Assembly: GCA_965216875.1 (NCBI GenBank)
Contig: OZ244207.1
Location: 6,336,001-6,400,000, forward strand
Direction of reading: 5' to 3'
DNA from: Rubripirellula sp.
GTDB lineage: Bacteria > Planctomycetota > Planctomycetia > Pirellulales > Pirellulaceae
DNA: 64,000 nucleotides
Below the pieces are notes generated by a model. The model was not told the DNA's origin and did not search any database. It saw only the letters and a list, made by a program, of their open reading frames with translations. A program made the translations under genes and the position numbers. Positions 19,208 to 29,858 of the stretch are shown here, piece after piece (the first letter of the stretch is position 1; each line of letters opens with the position of its first letter).

Positions 19208-21295
19208 ATGAACCGATCTCCTTGGACTCGGGCGATTTGCCTAGCAGCGCTTGCCGTTTTTTCTTTTGTATCAATTGGTCGCGCTGACGGACCCAAAGAT
19301 AATCTTCCCGAGAACGTTCGCCCCATTCCACCAGTTGGGATGGAAGTCCCCGAAGCGACACTCGAAGCACTTGCGTGGCGATGTGCTGCGGTTCGTACGG
19401 AGTGGATGTCGTTGCTCGATGCCGAGGCGAAACGCCAGGAAGGCAAAAAGAAACCCGATCGAACACAACTTGATCGCCTCCGTCGGCTGGAACCCGAAAT
19501 CTTGGTCTTCCCCCGATCCGTTGAAATGGCGATCGAGTTCGGCCAGTTCTACAAACCGATTGATCCCGAACGCGCTTCGAAACTGTTGGATCAAGCGACG
19601 GCGCGAATCAAGATCGTCCGCTCCGGTGGCGATTGGAAAGAGGTCGTGGGCCTCGGCGATGGCAAGTCGCAACAGTTGATCGTTGGTGGTTTTCGCTCAA
19701 AGCTTGATGGGTCGGTTCAACCCTACGGGGTGGTGATTCCTCCCGGGTTTGACCAGTCCGACGCGCGCCCGCGAAGGCTTGATGTCTGGTTTCATGGCCG
19801 CGGCGAAACGCTTAGCGAAGTCGCTTTCTTGAGCACGCAAAGCACCTCGCCGGGAAGGTATTCGCCCAGCGATACCTTTGTGCTGCATCCTTATGGCCGG
19901 TACACCAATGCATTCAAGTTTGCCGGCGAAATCGACGTACTGGAAGCGATCGATTACGTCCAGGCAAACCTACCGGTGGATCAACATCGAATCAGCGTTC
20001 GCGGTTTTTCGATGGGCGGTGCGGCATGTTGGCAGTTTGCAACGCACTACGCCGATCGATGGTTTGCTGCGAATCCTGGAGCCGGGTTTTCTGAAACGCC
20101 CGAGTTCTTGAAATCGTTCCAACAGGAAGACCTTTCAGGAACGCCACCCTACCAACGACGACTTTGGCAGCTTTATGACTGCCCGCCGTGGGCCGCAAAC
20201 CTCAAGCATTGTCCGACCGTTGCGTATAGCGGTGAGATCGACAGGCAAAAGCAAGCCGCCGATGTGATGGAAGCGGCGCTAAAGAAACACCAGATCGATT
20301 TGGTGCACATCATCGGACCGCAAACCGCACACACGATTCATCCAGATTCGAAAGTTGAAATCGAATCGCGCATGGCAGCACTGGCACGGTCGACGACCGC
20401 GGCCGTGCCAAGGACGATCGATTTCACAACGGTTTCTCTTCGCTACCACAAAATGCATTGGCTGGAAGTTCACGGTTTGAAGTCTCATTGGACGCCAGCA
20501 AACGTAAAGGCATCGATTGTCGGCCCCAACGAGATCGCGGTTGATTCAGCCGGCGGAGCGACTGAGTTGCGGTTGAGTTTTGATTCAGGTCAGTGGCCAG
20601 GCGCACCAAGCGGACCGGTCCACGTCAAGATCGACAACGAAACCGTGATCGGCCCTCACGTTGGATCGGATCGTTCTTGGTCCGTGAACCTAAGCCTTCG
20701 CGGAGAGAAATGGATTGTTGGGAAACGAGACAACGAACTTCGCAAGCGACCCGGTTTACAAGGGCCGATCGATGATGCGTTCATGGATTCGTTCTTGTTC
20801 GTCTTGCCGACAACGGTTAGTGGTGATGAAACCGTCCAAGCGTGGCTCGAGGCCGAATCCGAACACGCGATGACCCACTGGCGAAAACACTTTCGAGGTG
20901 ACATTCGCTACGTTCTCGATCGCGATTTGACAGGCGAACAAATTGCCGCGCACAACTTGATCGTTTTTGGCAACCGCGACTCAAGTCTGGTGATCAAAAA
21001 GATCATCGATCAGTTGCCGATTGAGTGGAATGACGAGCACATCAAAGTGGGTGATGCCGAAGTGCCACGTGACGGCCACGTGCCCGTCTTGATTCACCCG
21101 AATCCGCTCAATCCCGATCGCTACGTTGTGCTCAATAGCGGGTTCACCTACCGCGAGTACGACTATTTGAACAACGCCCGCCAAACGCCAAAACTGCCTG
21201 ATTGGGCATTGGTCGATATTCGTGGTGGCGCGACCTCTCGGGATCCCGGAAAGGTTGTTGCCGCTGGCTTCTTTGGCGAGGACTGGAAGCCGTAG
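19208..21295 (+). CDS. Exported alpha/beta-hydrolase (S9/esterase-like)
   Basis: Signal peptide from ATG 19208; WFHGRG and RGFSMGG nucleophile elbow; the upstream ORF extension overlaps the response regulator and is spurious. Confidence 0.8.
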   Translation: MNRSPWTRAICLAALAVFSFVSIGRADGPKDNLPENVRPIPPVGMEVPEATLEALAWRCAAVRTEWMSLLDAEAKRQEGKKKPDRTQLDRLRRLEPEILVFPRSVEMAIEFGQFYKPIDPERASKLLDQATARIKIVRSGGDWKEVVGLGDGKSQQLIVGGFRSKLDGSVQPYGVVIPPGFDQSDARPRRLDVWFHGRGETLSEVAFLSTQSTSPGRYSPSDTFVLHPYGRYTNAFKFAGEIDVLEAIDYVQANLPVDQHRISVRGFSMGGAACWQFATHYADRWFAANPGAGFSETPEFLKSFQQEDLSGTPPYQRRLWQLYDCPPWAANLKHCPTVAYSGEIDRQKQAADVMEAALKKHQIDLVHIIGPQTAHTIHPDSKVEIESRMAALARSTTAAVPRTIDFTTVSLRYHKMHWLEVHGLKSHWTPANVKASIVGPNEIAVDSAGGATELRLSFDSGQWPGAPSGPVHVKIDNETVIGPHVGSDRSWSVNLSLRGEKWIVGKRDNELRKRPGLQGPIDDAFMDSFLFVLPTTVSGDETVQAWLEAESEHAMTHWRKHFRGDIRYVLDRDLTGEQIAAHNLIVFGNRDSSLVIKKIIDQLPIEWNDEHIKVGDAEVPRDGHVPVLIHPNPLNPDRYVVLNSGFTYREYDYLNNARQTPKLPDWALVDIRGGATSRDPGKVVAAGFFGEDWKP

Positions 21296-21376
21296 CGAGA
21301 TAGCCTCGTCCATCGAACCTTCTCGGTCGGATTCGTGTCATCCAAAGATGACGCTACGATTTCGGGAGGATGAGCC

Positions 21377-21826
21377 ATCACGATTCTTTACGTTGATATG
21401 GATGATGTGATGTGCGACTACACGCGCACACATCAGAGGGGCCTCGCGGCCAATCCAGCGACCGCTTTTCCGCAGAGTGTTGCGGGGTTCTTTCGGTCAC
21501 TACCCGCGATCTACGGCGCGGTCGAGGCGGTCGAGCGACTGCGCGATGAATTTGATGTCTATGTGCTCACCGCTCCCTCGACTCGCAATCCACATTGCTA
21601 CACCGAAAAGCGGCTGTGGATCGAAGATCACTTCGGTTATGACTTCACAACGAAGCTGATCATCAGCCCCAACAAGGGACTGCTCAAGGGCGACTTTCTA
21701 ATTGATGACAAGTCAAAGGGGCGCGGCCAGGATCAATTCGAAGGCACGTTGATTCAGTTTGGGACGGGCGATTTCCCCGATTGGGACGCCGTGTTGCAGT
21801 ACTTTGAAAAGCTGTGTTGCGTTTGA
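21377..21826 (+). CDS. 5'(3')-deoxyribonucleotidase-like HAD phosphatase; start codon uncertain
   Basis: ILYVDMDDV (motif I), LTAP, EKRLWIEDHFG, K..LKGDFLIDD; motif I begins upstream of ATG 21398. Confidence 0.8.
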   Translation: MTILYVDMDDVMCDYTRTHQRGLAANPATAFPQSVAGFFRSLPAIYGAVEAVERLRDEFDVYVLTAPSTRNPHCYTEKRLWIEDHFGYDFTTKLIISPNKGLLKGDFLIDDKSKGRGQDQFEGTLIQFGTGDFPDWDAVLQYFEKLCCV

Positions 21827-21836
21827 CGGTGGACAC

Positions 21837-22070
21837 GTGAGCCGAACGCGCTAGTCGGTAGGCCGGATCAAGGAGCGACAGCGACGCGGATCCGGCATAA
21901 TCTTGGTGAGCGGTAAGACGCCCAGAAAGCCCCGATGCTGTGCTGCCCGCAACCCGCAGCTACCTTCGCCAGAAGGTGCTTTCCATCAGTTGACCGCTTG
22001 CCACGATCACCACGCTCTGGCGAGCGTAGCTACGTTCTGTGCAGGGCCCGACGCTAGCGCGTTCGGCTCA
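21837..22070. repeat. Nested REP cluster (family C arms enclosing family E and a family B doublet)
   Basis: C arm 21837, E 21858-21897, B doublet 21956-22033, C arm 22045-22070. Confidence 0.85.
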
Positions 22071-22097
22071 TGTGCACAGACGAGTTGTAAGCCAGGC

Positions 22098-23441
22098 TCA
22101 CGCGATCGCCGCCTTCGTCGAGGCGCGCCAATCGAGTGCTAGGAACGCCGTCATGCAAGCGGTGGCGGCAACGGTGACTGCAAGCAGGCCGCCCAAGAAG
22201 ACAGGCCACCCATAATCTTCGGCGATCGTCCCACCGAAAAAGTTGAACAATAGCGCGCCGATGTAGCCAAAGATGTCGATCGTTGCGACGAGAAAGCCGG
22301 CGTGCCGCCCCCCGAAAGAGATCGAAAAGATGCTCATCGGGATGTAGTAGGCGGGCGAGATCACGAAACCGAGTACAAAGATCTCGGCCATTGCGATGTA
22401 GAGTTTGGTGTTCGCTTCTTGTGGTAGTTTCGCGACGTTCCAAAGCAAGATGACGCACGCGTTGGCGGCAACGAGCAGACCGCCAAGGGTGAAGATCAGC
22501 TTGAACTTTGAGAGCCGGTCATAAAGGAAACCCGTTGCAATCAACGCAGCAAACATACCGGCCGGAAAGGCGGCGGAAGCCATGCCGCCAAGACTCCCAT
22601 TTTCTTCCGTTGCCTCCGGCCCAAAGATCGTTTCGGTCAAGTAGATCGGGATGAAGTTGATGAAGTCCATCAGGATGCAAAGAAAGAACAGACTAAAGCC
22701 GATCAGCCAAAACCGGGGGCTGGCCGCAAAATGCACGCAGGCTTGCCCGAGTGACTTGGCGTCAAGCGGATGCGGCTTGTGTTCTTCCTGGTCGTCAGAG
22801 GACTCATTTGAGTCGTGCTCAATCGGAGGAAGGTTTTTGTCTTCCGGTGAATCGTAAAGCAAGAAGTAGGCCGCAGCGACGATTGCGAACGTGACGACGG
22901 CGGTGACGCCAAACACGATTCGCCATCCCACGAAGGTCAACAGGAAGCCGAGCAAGAGACCCGCGCAAATGGTTCCAACGCGTGAGCTTGTCGAGATGAT
23001 GCTCCACACCCTGCCGTATCGATCCGGAGGGTACCAAGCGCCGACGATCTTTGTCATCGCGGGCCAACCGCCCGATTTGACGAACTGGCCAAAGAAGTTC
23101 AACGCGCCCATCAGCACAAATGACGAACAGAACGCGAAGCCGAGATTGGCTGCAGCGGTCAACGCGAGCGCGAGCAGAAACATTCGCCGGCCGCCCAGTT
23201 TGTCCGCAGCAATCCCCGTTGCAAACTTGCCAGCGATCGCGCCGGCGGAATGAAGACTCATCAATTGACCATACGACTCTTTGTCGAGGTCGATGGTGGG
23301 GTCGAGGATCATCGTCGCGCTCGACGCGATCAACGTGTTGCGGCACAGCATGAACGCTGCGTAGCCAACGTACATCGTCAACAGAATGATCCATTGTTGA
23401 CGGTGCAACTCTTTTGCCGTCGGATTGACTTCGCTATTCAA
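22098..23441 (-). CDS. MFS transporter, GlpT/UhpC (organophosphate) type
   Basis: YVGYAAFMLCR, GIAADKLGGRR, GWPAMTKIVGAWYP..GRVWSI; about 12 TM. Confidence 0.8.
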   Translation of the reverse strand: MNSEVNPTAKELHRQQWIILLTMYVGYAAFMLCRNTLIASSATMILDPTIDLDKESYGQLMSLHSAGAIAGKFATGIAADKLGGRRMFLLALALTAAANLGFAFCSSFVLMGALNFFGQFVKSGGWPAMTKIVGAWYPPDRYGRVWSIISTSSRVGTICAGLLLGFLLTFVGWRIVFGVTAVVTFAIVAAAYFLLYDSPEDKNLPPIEHDSNESSDDQEEHKPHPLDAKSLGQACVHFAASPRFWLIGFSLFFLCILMDFINFIPIYLTETIFGPEATEENGSLGGMASAAFPAGMFAALIATGFLYDRLSKFKLIFTLGGLLVAANACVILLWNVAKLPQEANTKLYIAMAEIFVLGFVISPAYYIPMSIFSISFGGRHAGFLVATIDIFGYIGALLFNFFGGTIAEDYGWPVFLGGLLAVTVAATACMTAFLALDWRASTKAAIA

Positions 23442-24711
23442 CAGACGGCTCGGCGGATGCAGGTTGCTGGACGCTCGCTTTGGAGTTTTCGTTTTTGCTG
23501 GATGTTTGTAGCAGTCCCCCGTTATCGCTCGATTCGATGCCGAGCATCTGCCGAAGCCTTGCGTCCAATTCGGTCATCACTGGGTCGGCTTGACCGCGAA
23601 CACGCTTTGCCGACACTTCAATCGCTTCACCGACTTCAACCGATACGGACATCGGCCGGTAGACGCGACAGAAATCGGTCAGGTCTTCTTCGAACTTTTC
23701 GACCGTTTCAAGGAGCCGTTCGCTGGTCGGATTGGAACGAACATAGTTGGGCGGGTAGTGCCCGAGTTGCTGAGCCAAGTACATGTCGGCAAGTTGATCC
23801 CAACGTCTCGCTCGTTCGTCATCATTGATGTTGCCTTCGATCATGTCGGGCAGAATGGCAACTCGAAGCTCTTTCACACGTGCGACCACCGTTTTTCCAC
23901 CGGACGACTTATCCGGAAGCCATTCCTGTTCGATTGGCAACAAGATGCCGTCAATCAACTTTCGTAGCCGGTCGTTCAGGTCACCCGATTGAGGCGAGCC
24001 AAAGTATTCGATCTCTTTAAGCCAAAGCAACGCTTCGCCAACACGGTAGATTCGATCGAGCAGGCTCGCATCCCGTTTGGGTCGCCAGGCAAGGCGATGT
24101 TCGATGTCATCGAGCGCTGAATGCAGCTCCGATTCCACGTTGCCATGAACGTGGTAGCGCAGCGCCATCGGGTGAAAGACGACCCCCGCTTCTTGTTCTT
24201 TGCGTTTTTTTGCCGCCGAGCGAGCAACGAAGGACAATCCCTCCATCAAGGCGATCAGTCGATCATTCGTGCGCGTGATGACACCTTCGGGGAAGATCAC
24301 GAGCGGACGCTGAGCCTCGGCGACAATGTCGACGGCCGTCTGCAATGCTTGGCGATCCATCCCTTCGCGATAAACACTGAACGCTCCGGCACGCCGCAGA
24401 ATAAAGGCTTGCAGTCGGCTGCCCATGAACAGATGCCAACTGGCCATGGTGTGAGGGATGAGACCGGCCTGGCCACACACGTGATTGACGACCAACGGAT
24501 CAGCGGGACGGCAATGATTGGGCGCCAAGATGATGCCTCGCCCCATTTGCTGGGACTGACGCAAGTGTTCCAAGCCTGTGCACTCGACCGACTCGATGCC
24601 ATAGTCCTTTTTAAGCTGTCGCGGCAACATCCACTGCAGGATTCGCGGCCACCATCGACCACGGTACGGTGGTACAAATTCGTAGGGTTTGTCGATGACG
24701 ACCGGGTGCAT
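23434..24711 (-). CDS. Lysophospholipid/glycerol-3-phosphate acyltransferase (PlsC family)
   Basis: NHCRPAD (HxxxxD), GAFSVYR, IFPEG motifs. Confidence 0.85.
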   Translation of the reverse strand: MHPVVIDKPYEFVPPYRGRWWPRILQWMLPRQLKKDYGIESVECTGLEHLRQSQQMGRGIILAPNHCRPADPLVVNHVCGQAGLIPHTMASWHLFMGSRLQAFILRRAGAFSVYREGMDRQALQTAVDIVAEAQRPLVIFPEGVITRTNDRLIALMEGLSFVARSAAKKRKEQEAGVVFHPMALRYHVHGNVESELHSALDDIEHRLAWRPKRDASLLDRIYRVGEALLWLKEIEYFGSPQSGDLNDRLRKLIDGILLPIEQEWLPDKSSGGKTVVARVKELRVAILPDMIEGNINDDERARRWDQLADMYLAQQLGHYPPNYVRSNPTSERLLETVEKFEEDLTDFCRVYRPMSVSVEVGEAIEVSAKRVRGQADPVMTELDARLRQMLGIESSDNGGLLQTSSKNENSKASVQQPASAEPSVE

Positions 24712-24844
24712 AGTCGCTCGTTGAATGCGTTGGCTTGAGGCGGTGTCGGGAAACAGCGAAACGCGATATTACCAGATCGCATGCAACGTTGCTCATCATC
24801 GTGGGAGCCCGATCCGAGGGCATCGCAGCGCGGAATTCACGCTC

Positions 24845-24985
24845 TTCCGCCTGAAGGCGGGACTACGAACGGCGTAGGCCGGATCAAGGAGCGACAGCGA
24901 CGCGGATCCGGCATGTGAGCTAGCCAGCGCCTCGCCGCTTAAGTCTGTTAAGGCCCGAGGCCTGACGGCCGGCGGCTCACGGGCA
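24845..24985. repeat. Mixed REP cluster (families A, E, H-like, D)
   Basis: TTCCGCCTGAAGGCGGGACTACGAAC (24845); 40-bp E copy 24874-24913 identical to 21858-21897; GGCCCGAGGCCTGACGGCCGGCGGCTCAC (~24952-24980). Confidence 0.85.
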
Positions 24986-25178
24986 GAACATGCTGTCCAC
25001 AACGATGGCGACTTGGCCTCTGTTCTCGTTCTGAGCGACTATCGGCAACGTTGAGCAAAACTGCAAATCGCACCGGCGGCGTTTTTCTGCCAGTCTTCTA
25101 ACATAGGCATTTTCCGGAGACCTCCGACTCGATCTCCAGACTGGCCTTCCACACCGACCATCCAAGGATAAAGCCTCT

Positions 25179-26081
25179 TTGACTGACTGGATCTTCCTGA
25201 GTCTGATCTCGGCTCTCTTCCTTGGCTTCTATGACATTGCCAAGAAGACATCGGTCAAAGGCAATGCGGTACCGCCGGTGCTGTTGCTAAACGTGACTAC
25301 CGCCGCTCTGGTTTGGTCGGTGCCGATCGCGATCTGTTACCTATCGACCGATTCAAGCGGCGAAGGCTTTGCTTCGATCAGCCATTTGTCACCCCGGCAG
25401 CATGCATTGTTGCTGGCCAAGTCGACGCTGGTTGGCATGTCATGGACGTGCGCTTTCTTTGCGCTCAAGCACCTTCCACTTTCGATCGCAACGCCCATTC
25501 GCGCAACCAGTCCCCTGTGGACGATTTTGATTGCCGTGCTGGCGATGGCGGAGAGTCCAAACATCAGCCAGTGGATTGGGATCGTCGTGGTGCTGGTGGC
25601 GGTGCTTTTCTTTTCACGCGTTGGCGCGAAAGAGGGGATCCATTTTCATCGCGACCGCTACGTTGCATTGATGGTGGCCGCGACCCTGCTGGGTGCGGCC
25701 AGTGCGCTTTACGACAAGTACTTGCTGCAAAACGAAGGCCTTCATCCAGCGGCCGTCCAGGCATGGTTTTCGATCTATCTTGTGCCGGTGATGATTCCGC
25801 TGTCGATCCGCTGGTGGAAACGCGAACGCCAGGAAACGCCCTTTCAGTGGCGGTGGTCGATTCCGTTGATCGCACTCTTTCTGCTCGTCGCCGACTATGC
25901 GTACTTCACTGCGATGGCCCAGCCCGATGCACTGATCAGCGTTGTTTCGCCGCTTCGGCGGGCCTCGATCATGATCCCGTTCCTATTTGGGATCGTGCGT
26001 CTGAAGGAACAGAATTGGCGAGCCAAGACGCCCTGCATCGCAGCGATGTTGGTTGGCGTGGTTCTGATCGGCCAGAAGTAG
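25179..26081 (+). CDS. EamA/DMT-family transporter
   Basis: About 10 TM in two repeats; ALKHLPLSIATPIRATSPLW. Confidence 0.85.
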   Translation: MTDWIFLSLISALFLGFYDIAKKTSVKGNAVPPVLLLNVTTAALVWSVPIAICYLSTDSSGEGFASISHLSPRQHALLLAKSTLVGMSWTCAFFALKHLPLSIATPIRATSPLWTILIAVLAMAESPNISQWIGIVVVLVAVLFFSRVGAKEGIHFHRDRYVALMVAATLLGAASALYDKYLLQNEGLHPAAVQAWFSIYLVPVMIPLSIRWWKRERQETPFQWRWSIPLIALFLLVADYAYFTAMAQPDALISVVSPLRRASIMIPFLFGIVRLKEQNWRAKTPCIAAMLVGVVLIGQK

Positions 26082-27536
<1,455 letters not shown>

Positions 27537-27573
27537 GGCGTTCAACCTCGTTACCGCGCTTCGCGTCCTGTTT

Positions 27574-27698
27574 GTAGGTCATGCTCCACATGACAAGGGT
27601 GTAAGGCCCGACGCTAGCGCGTTCGGCTCACATCGTTCGTCGTCCCGCCTTCAGGCGGAAGAGATTGAAGATTCCGGCTAAAGCTCGGTACTACGAAC
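27574..27698. repeat. Mixed REP cluster (F, C, A doublet) between convergent purB and mutL
   Basis: GTAGGTCATGCTCCACATGACA (27574); AGGCCCGACGCTAGCGCGTTCGGCTCAC (27604); A doublet 27635-27698. Confidence 0.85.
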
Positions 27699-29636
27699 CT
27701 ATGCGCGGCCTCGGGGGCCGAGGCGACCGAACATACGGTCGAGTTCGTCGCGGCTAAAGAAGAGCGCGGTGGGGCGACCGTGTGGGCAGTGATGCGTGTC
27801 GTGGTACAGGTCTTTTTGTTCCAAAAGACTCGTGATCTCTTCCGGCGAAAGTGGATCGCCCGCTTTCACCGCCGCCTTGCAGGCGATGGTTGATAGCAGG
27901 TGGTTGAGCAGGTCTTTGGCATCGGGCTTCTTGCCCGCCGACATGACCGACTCGAGAACGATTCGCAGCATGTCGCTCGGCTTGGTGTTCTTGAGCATCG
28001 CGGGATACGACTGAATCACCACCGTTTCCCCACCAAGATCGTCGATCTCGATTCCGATCTTGGCGAGCATCTCTTTGGCGTCAAGCGCCGCGGTTCGTTC
28101 GGCGGGCGTCAGCGAAACCGGTTCAGGCACAAGCAGCCGTTGCGATTCGAGCGACGCACCCTCGGAGAGCACTTTGGCACAAACGCGTTCATACAACACG
28201 CGTTCGTGCAAAGCATGTTGGTCGATGACGACCATGCCAGATTCGTCTTGAGTGACGAGGTAGCGGTTGTGGACCTGAAAGCCGAGGTAACAAACACTCG
28301 GGTTGTCATTCGTGTCGACCGGTACGTCCCAAGGGGCGACGTCAGCCGGTTGTGCAGTCGGCGTGGTCGTTCCAGCGGCTGCGTTCCCATCGGGATAGGG
28401 TTTGAAATCGGGTACCGCTGTTGAGGCAGGATCAATACGCGTGCTTGCGCCGAGATTGTCTTGCACGTCACTTCGCGTCGACTGGCCCGTGCGAGCCCAG
28501 TCGATGACCGCTTGTCGTTGTTCTTGCTCGACGCGTGCCGGCATCCCGAGGGCGCTGCTCGCTGGCGGTGTCATCGCTTCGGGCGAAACGGGTTGCGGTG
28601 TGACTGGTCCGACACGCTGGGTCATGTCGGTCGTTAGGAAGTGATGACGCAGCGTTTGAAGCAATCGACTGTAGATGCGCCCGCTGTCAGTGAATCGCAC
28701 TTCAAGTTTGGTTGGATGAACGTTGACGTCGATCAATTCCGCCGGCATGTCCATCCGCAGGAAACAGACGGGGTGACGTCCGACCATCAGTAGCCCGCGG
28801 TAAGCCTCGCCAAGTGCATGTTGCAGCGCGCGATCACGAATGTGTCGCCCGTTGAGAAACAGGTACTGCATCCGAGTGTTGCCCCGGCTGACGGAGGGAT
28901 CACACGCATAGCCGGTAATCTTGACCTGGGCGTCGTCGCTGTTGATCGGGATCAACGCTTCGCCAATCTCGTCACCAAAGAAGGTCGCGATACGATCGGC
29001 CCAACGTGTGGTTGGTGGCAGGTCGTAAAGCTGTTTGTCGTTGTTGGTCAGCACAAAGTGGACGTGGGGATTGGCCAATGCCAATCGCGTGAACGCCTCG
29101 ACAATGTGACCACGTTCGGTTTGAGCTGTTTTGAGGAAGCGATGTCGAACCGGCGTATTGAAAAAGAGATTGCGAATTTCCATCACCGTCCCGACGGGGC
29201 AACCGCAGGGTGCCGGCTTTTCAAACACGCCGCCGCGCACATTGATTTCGGAACCACAATCATCCAGTTCCGTTCGGCTGCGAATCGTCAGGTGCGAAAC
29301 GCTTCCGATTGATGCGAGTGCTTCGCCCCGAAACCCGAGCGTGCTGACGTGAAAAAGGGCCTCGTCGTCGGGCAACTTGCTGGTGGCGTGCGAGGCCACG
29401 GCGAGTGGCAGTTGCTCCGCCGTCATGCCGCAGCCATCGTCGGCGATCCGAATCAATTCGCTGCCGCCGCCGGTGATCGTGACTTCGATCCGCCGCGAAC
29501 CGGCGTCGATGCTGTTTTCGAGAAGTTCTTTGACGACCGACGCTGGCCGCTCAATCACTTCGCCGGCCGCGATTTGATTGATCAGGTTCGGTGGGAGCTG
29601 TCGGATCGTCGGTAAATTGCGCGTGGTCGTTGTCAT
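27699..29636 (-). CDS. mutL: DNA mismatch repair endonuclease MutL
   Basis: NQIAAGEVIERPASVVKELLENSIDAG, GFRGEAL, DVNVHPTK, DQHALHERVLYE, ACKAA, CPHGRP. Confidence 0.97.
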   Translation of the reverse strand: MTTTTRNLPTIRQLPPNLINQIAAGEVIERPASVVKELLENSIDAGSRRIEVTITGGGSELIRIADDGCGMTAEQLPLAVASHATSKLPDDEALFHVSTLGFRGEALASIGSVSHLTIRSRTELDDCGSEINVRGGVFEKPAPCGCPVGTVMEIRNLFFNTPVRHRFLKTAQTERGHIVEAFTRLALANPHVHFVLTNNDKQLYDLPPTTRWADRIATFFGDEIGEALIPINSDDAQVKITGYACDPSVSRGNTRMQYLFLNGRHIRDRALQHALGEAYRGLLMVGRHPVCFLRMDMPAELIDVNVHPTKLEVRFTDSGRIYSRLLQTLRHHFLTTDMTQRVGPVTPQPVSPEAMTPPASSALGMPARVEQEQRQAVIDWARTGQSTRSDVQDNLGASTRIDPASTAVPDFKPYPDGNAAAGTTTPTAQPADVAPWDVPVDTNDNPSVCYLGFQVHNRYLVTQDESGMVVIDQHALHERVLYERVCAKVLSEGASLESQRLLVPEPVSLTPAERTAALDAKEMLAKIGIEIDDLGGETVVIQSYPAMLKNTKPSDMLRIVLESVMSAGKKPDAKDLLNHLLSTIACKAAVKAGDPLSPEEITSLLEQKDLYHDTHHCPHGRPTALFFSRDELDRMFGRLGPRGRA

Positions 29637-29858
29637 ACGCTCGAATGTACCGCCGTGCCGAGCAATCACAACCCACGGTGGACCGAAGGCCGCAGCCAAG
29701 GTCGCCAAGGAAACAAAAAATTTGCCGGATCGGCGCAAACCACTCGGAAAGATGATGCTTAGCCGAGTGGAACCAAAACTCCTGCGGCAGCGGCCGCTGT
29801 TCCGCAGCCGTAGTTTGCGTGATACGGCCTACCTTTCTTCGTTTTCCGCTTCGAGCCG

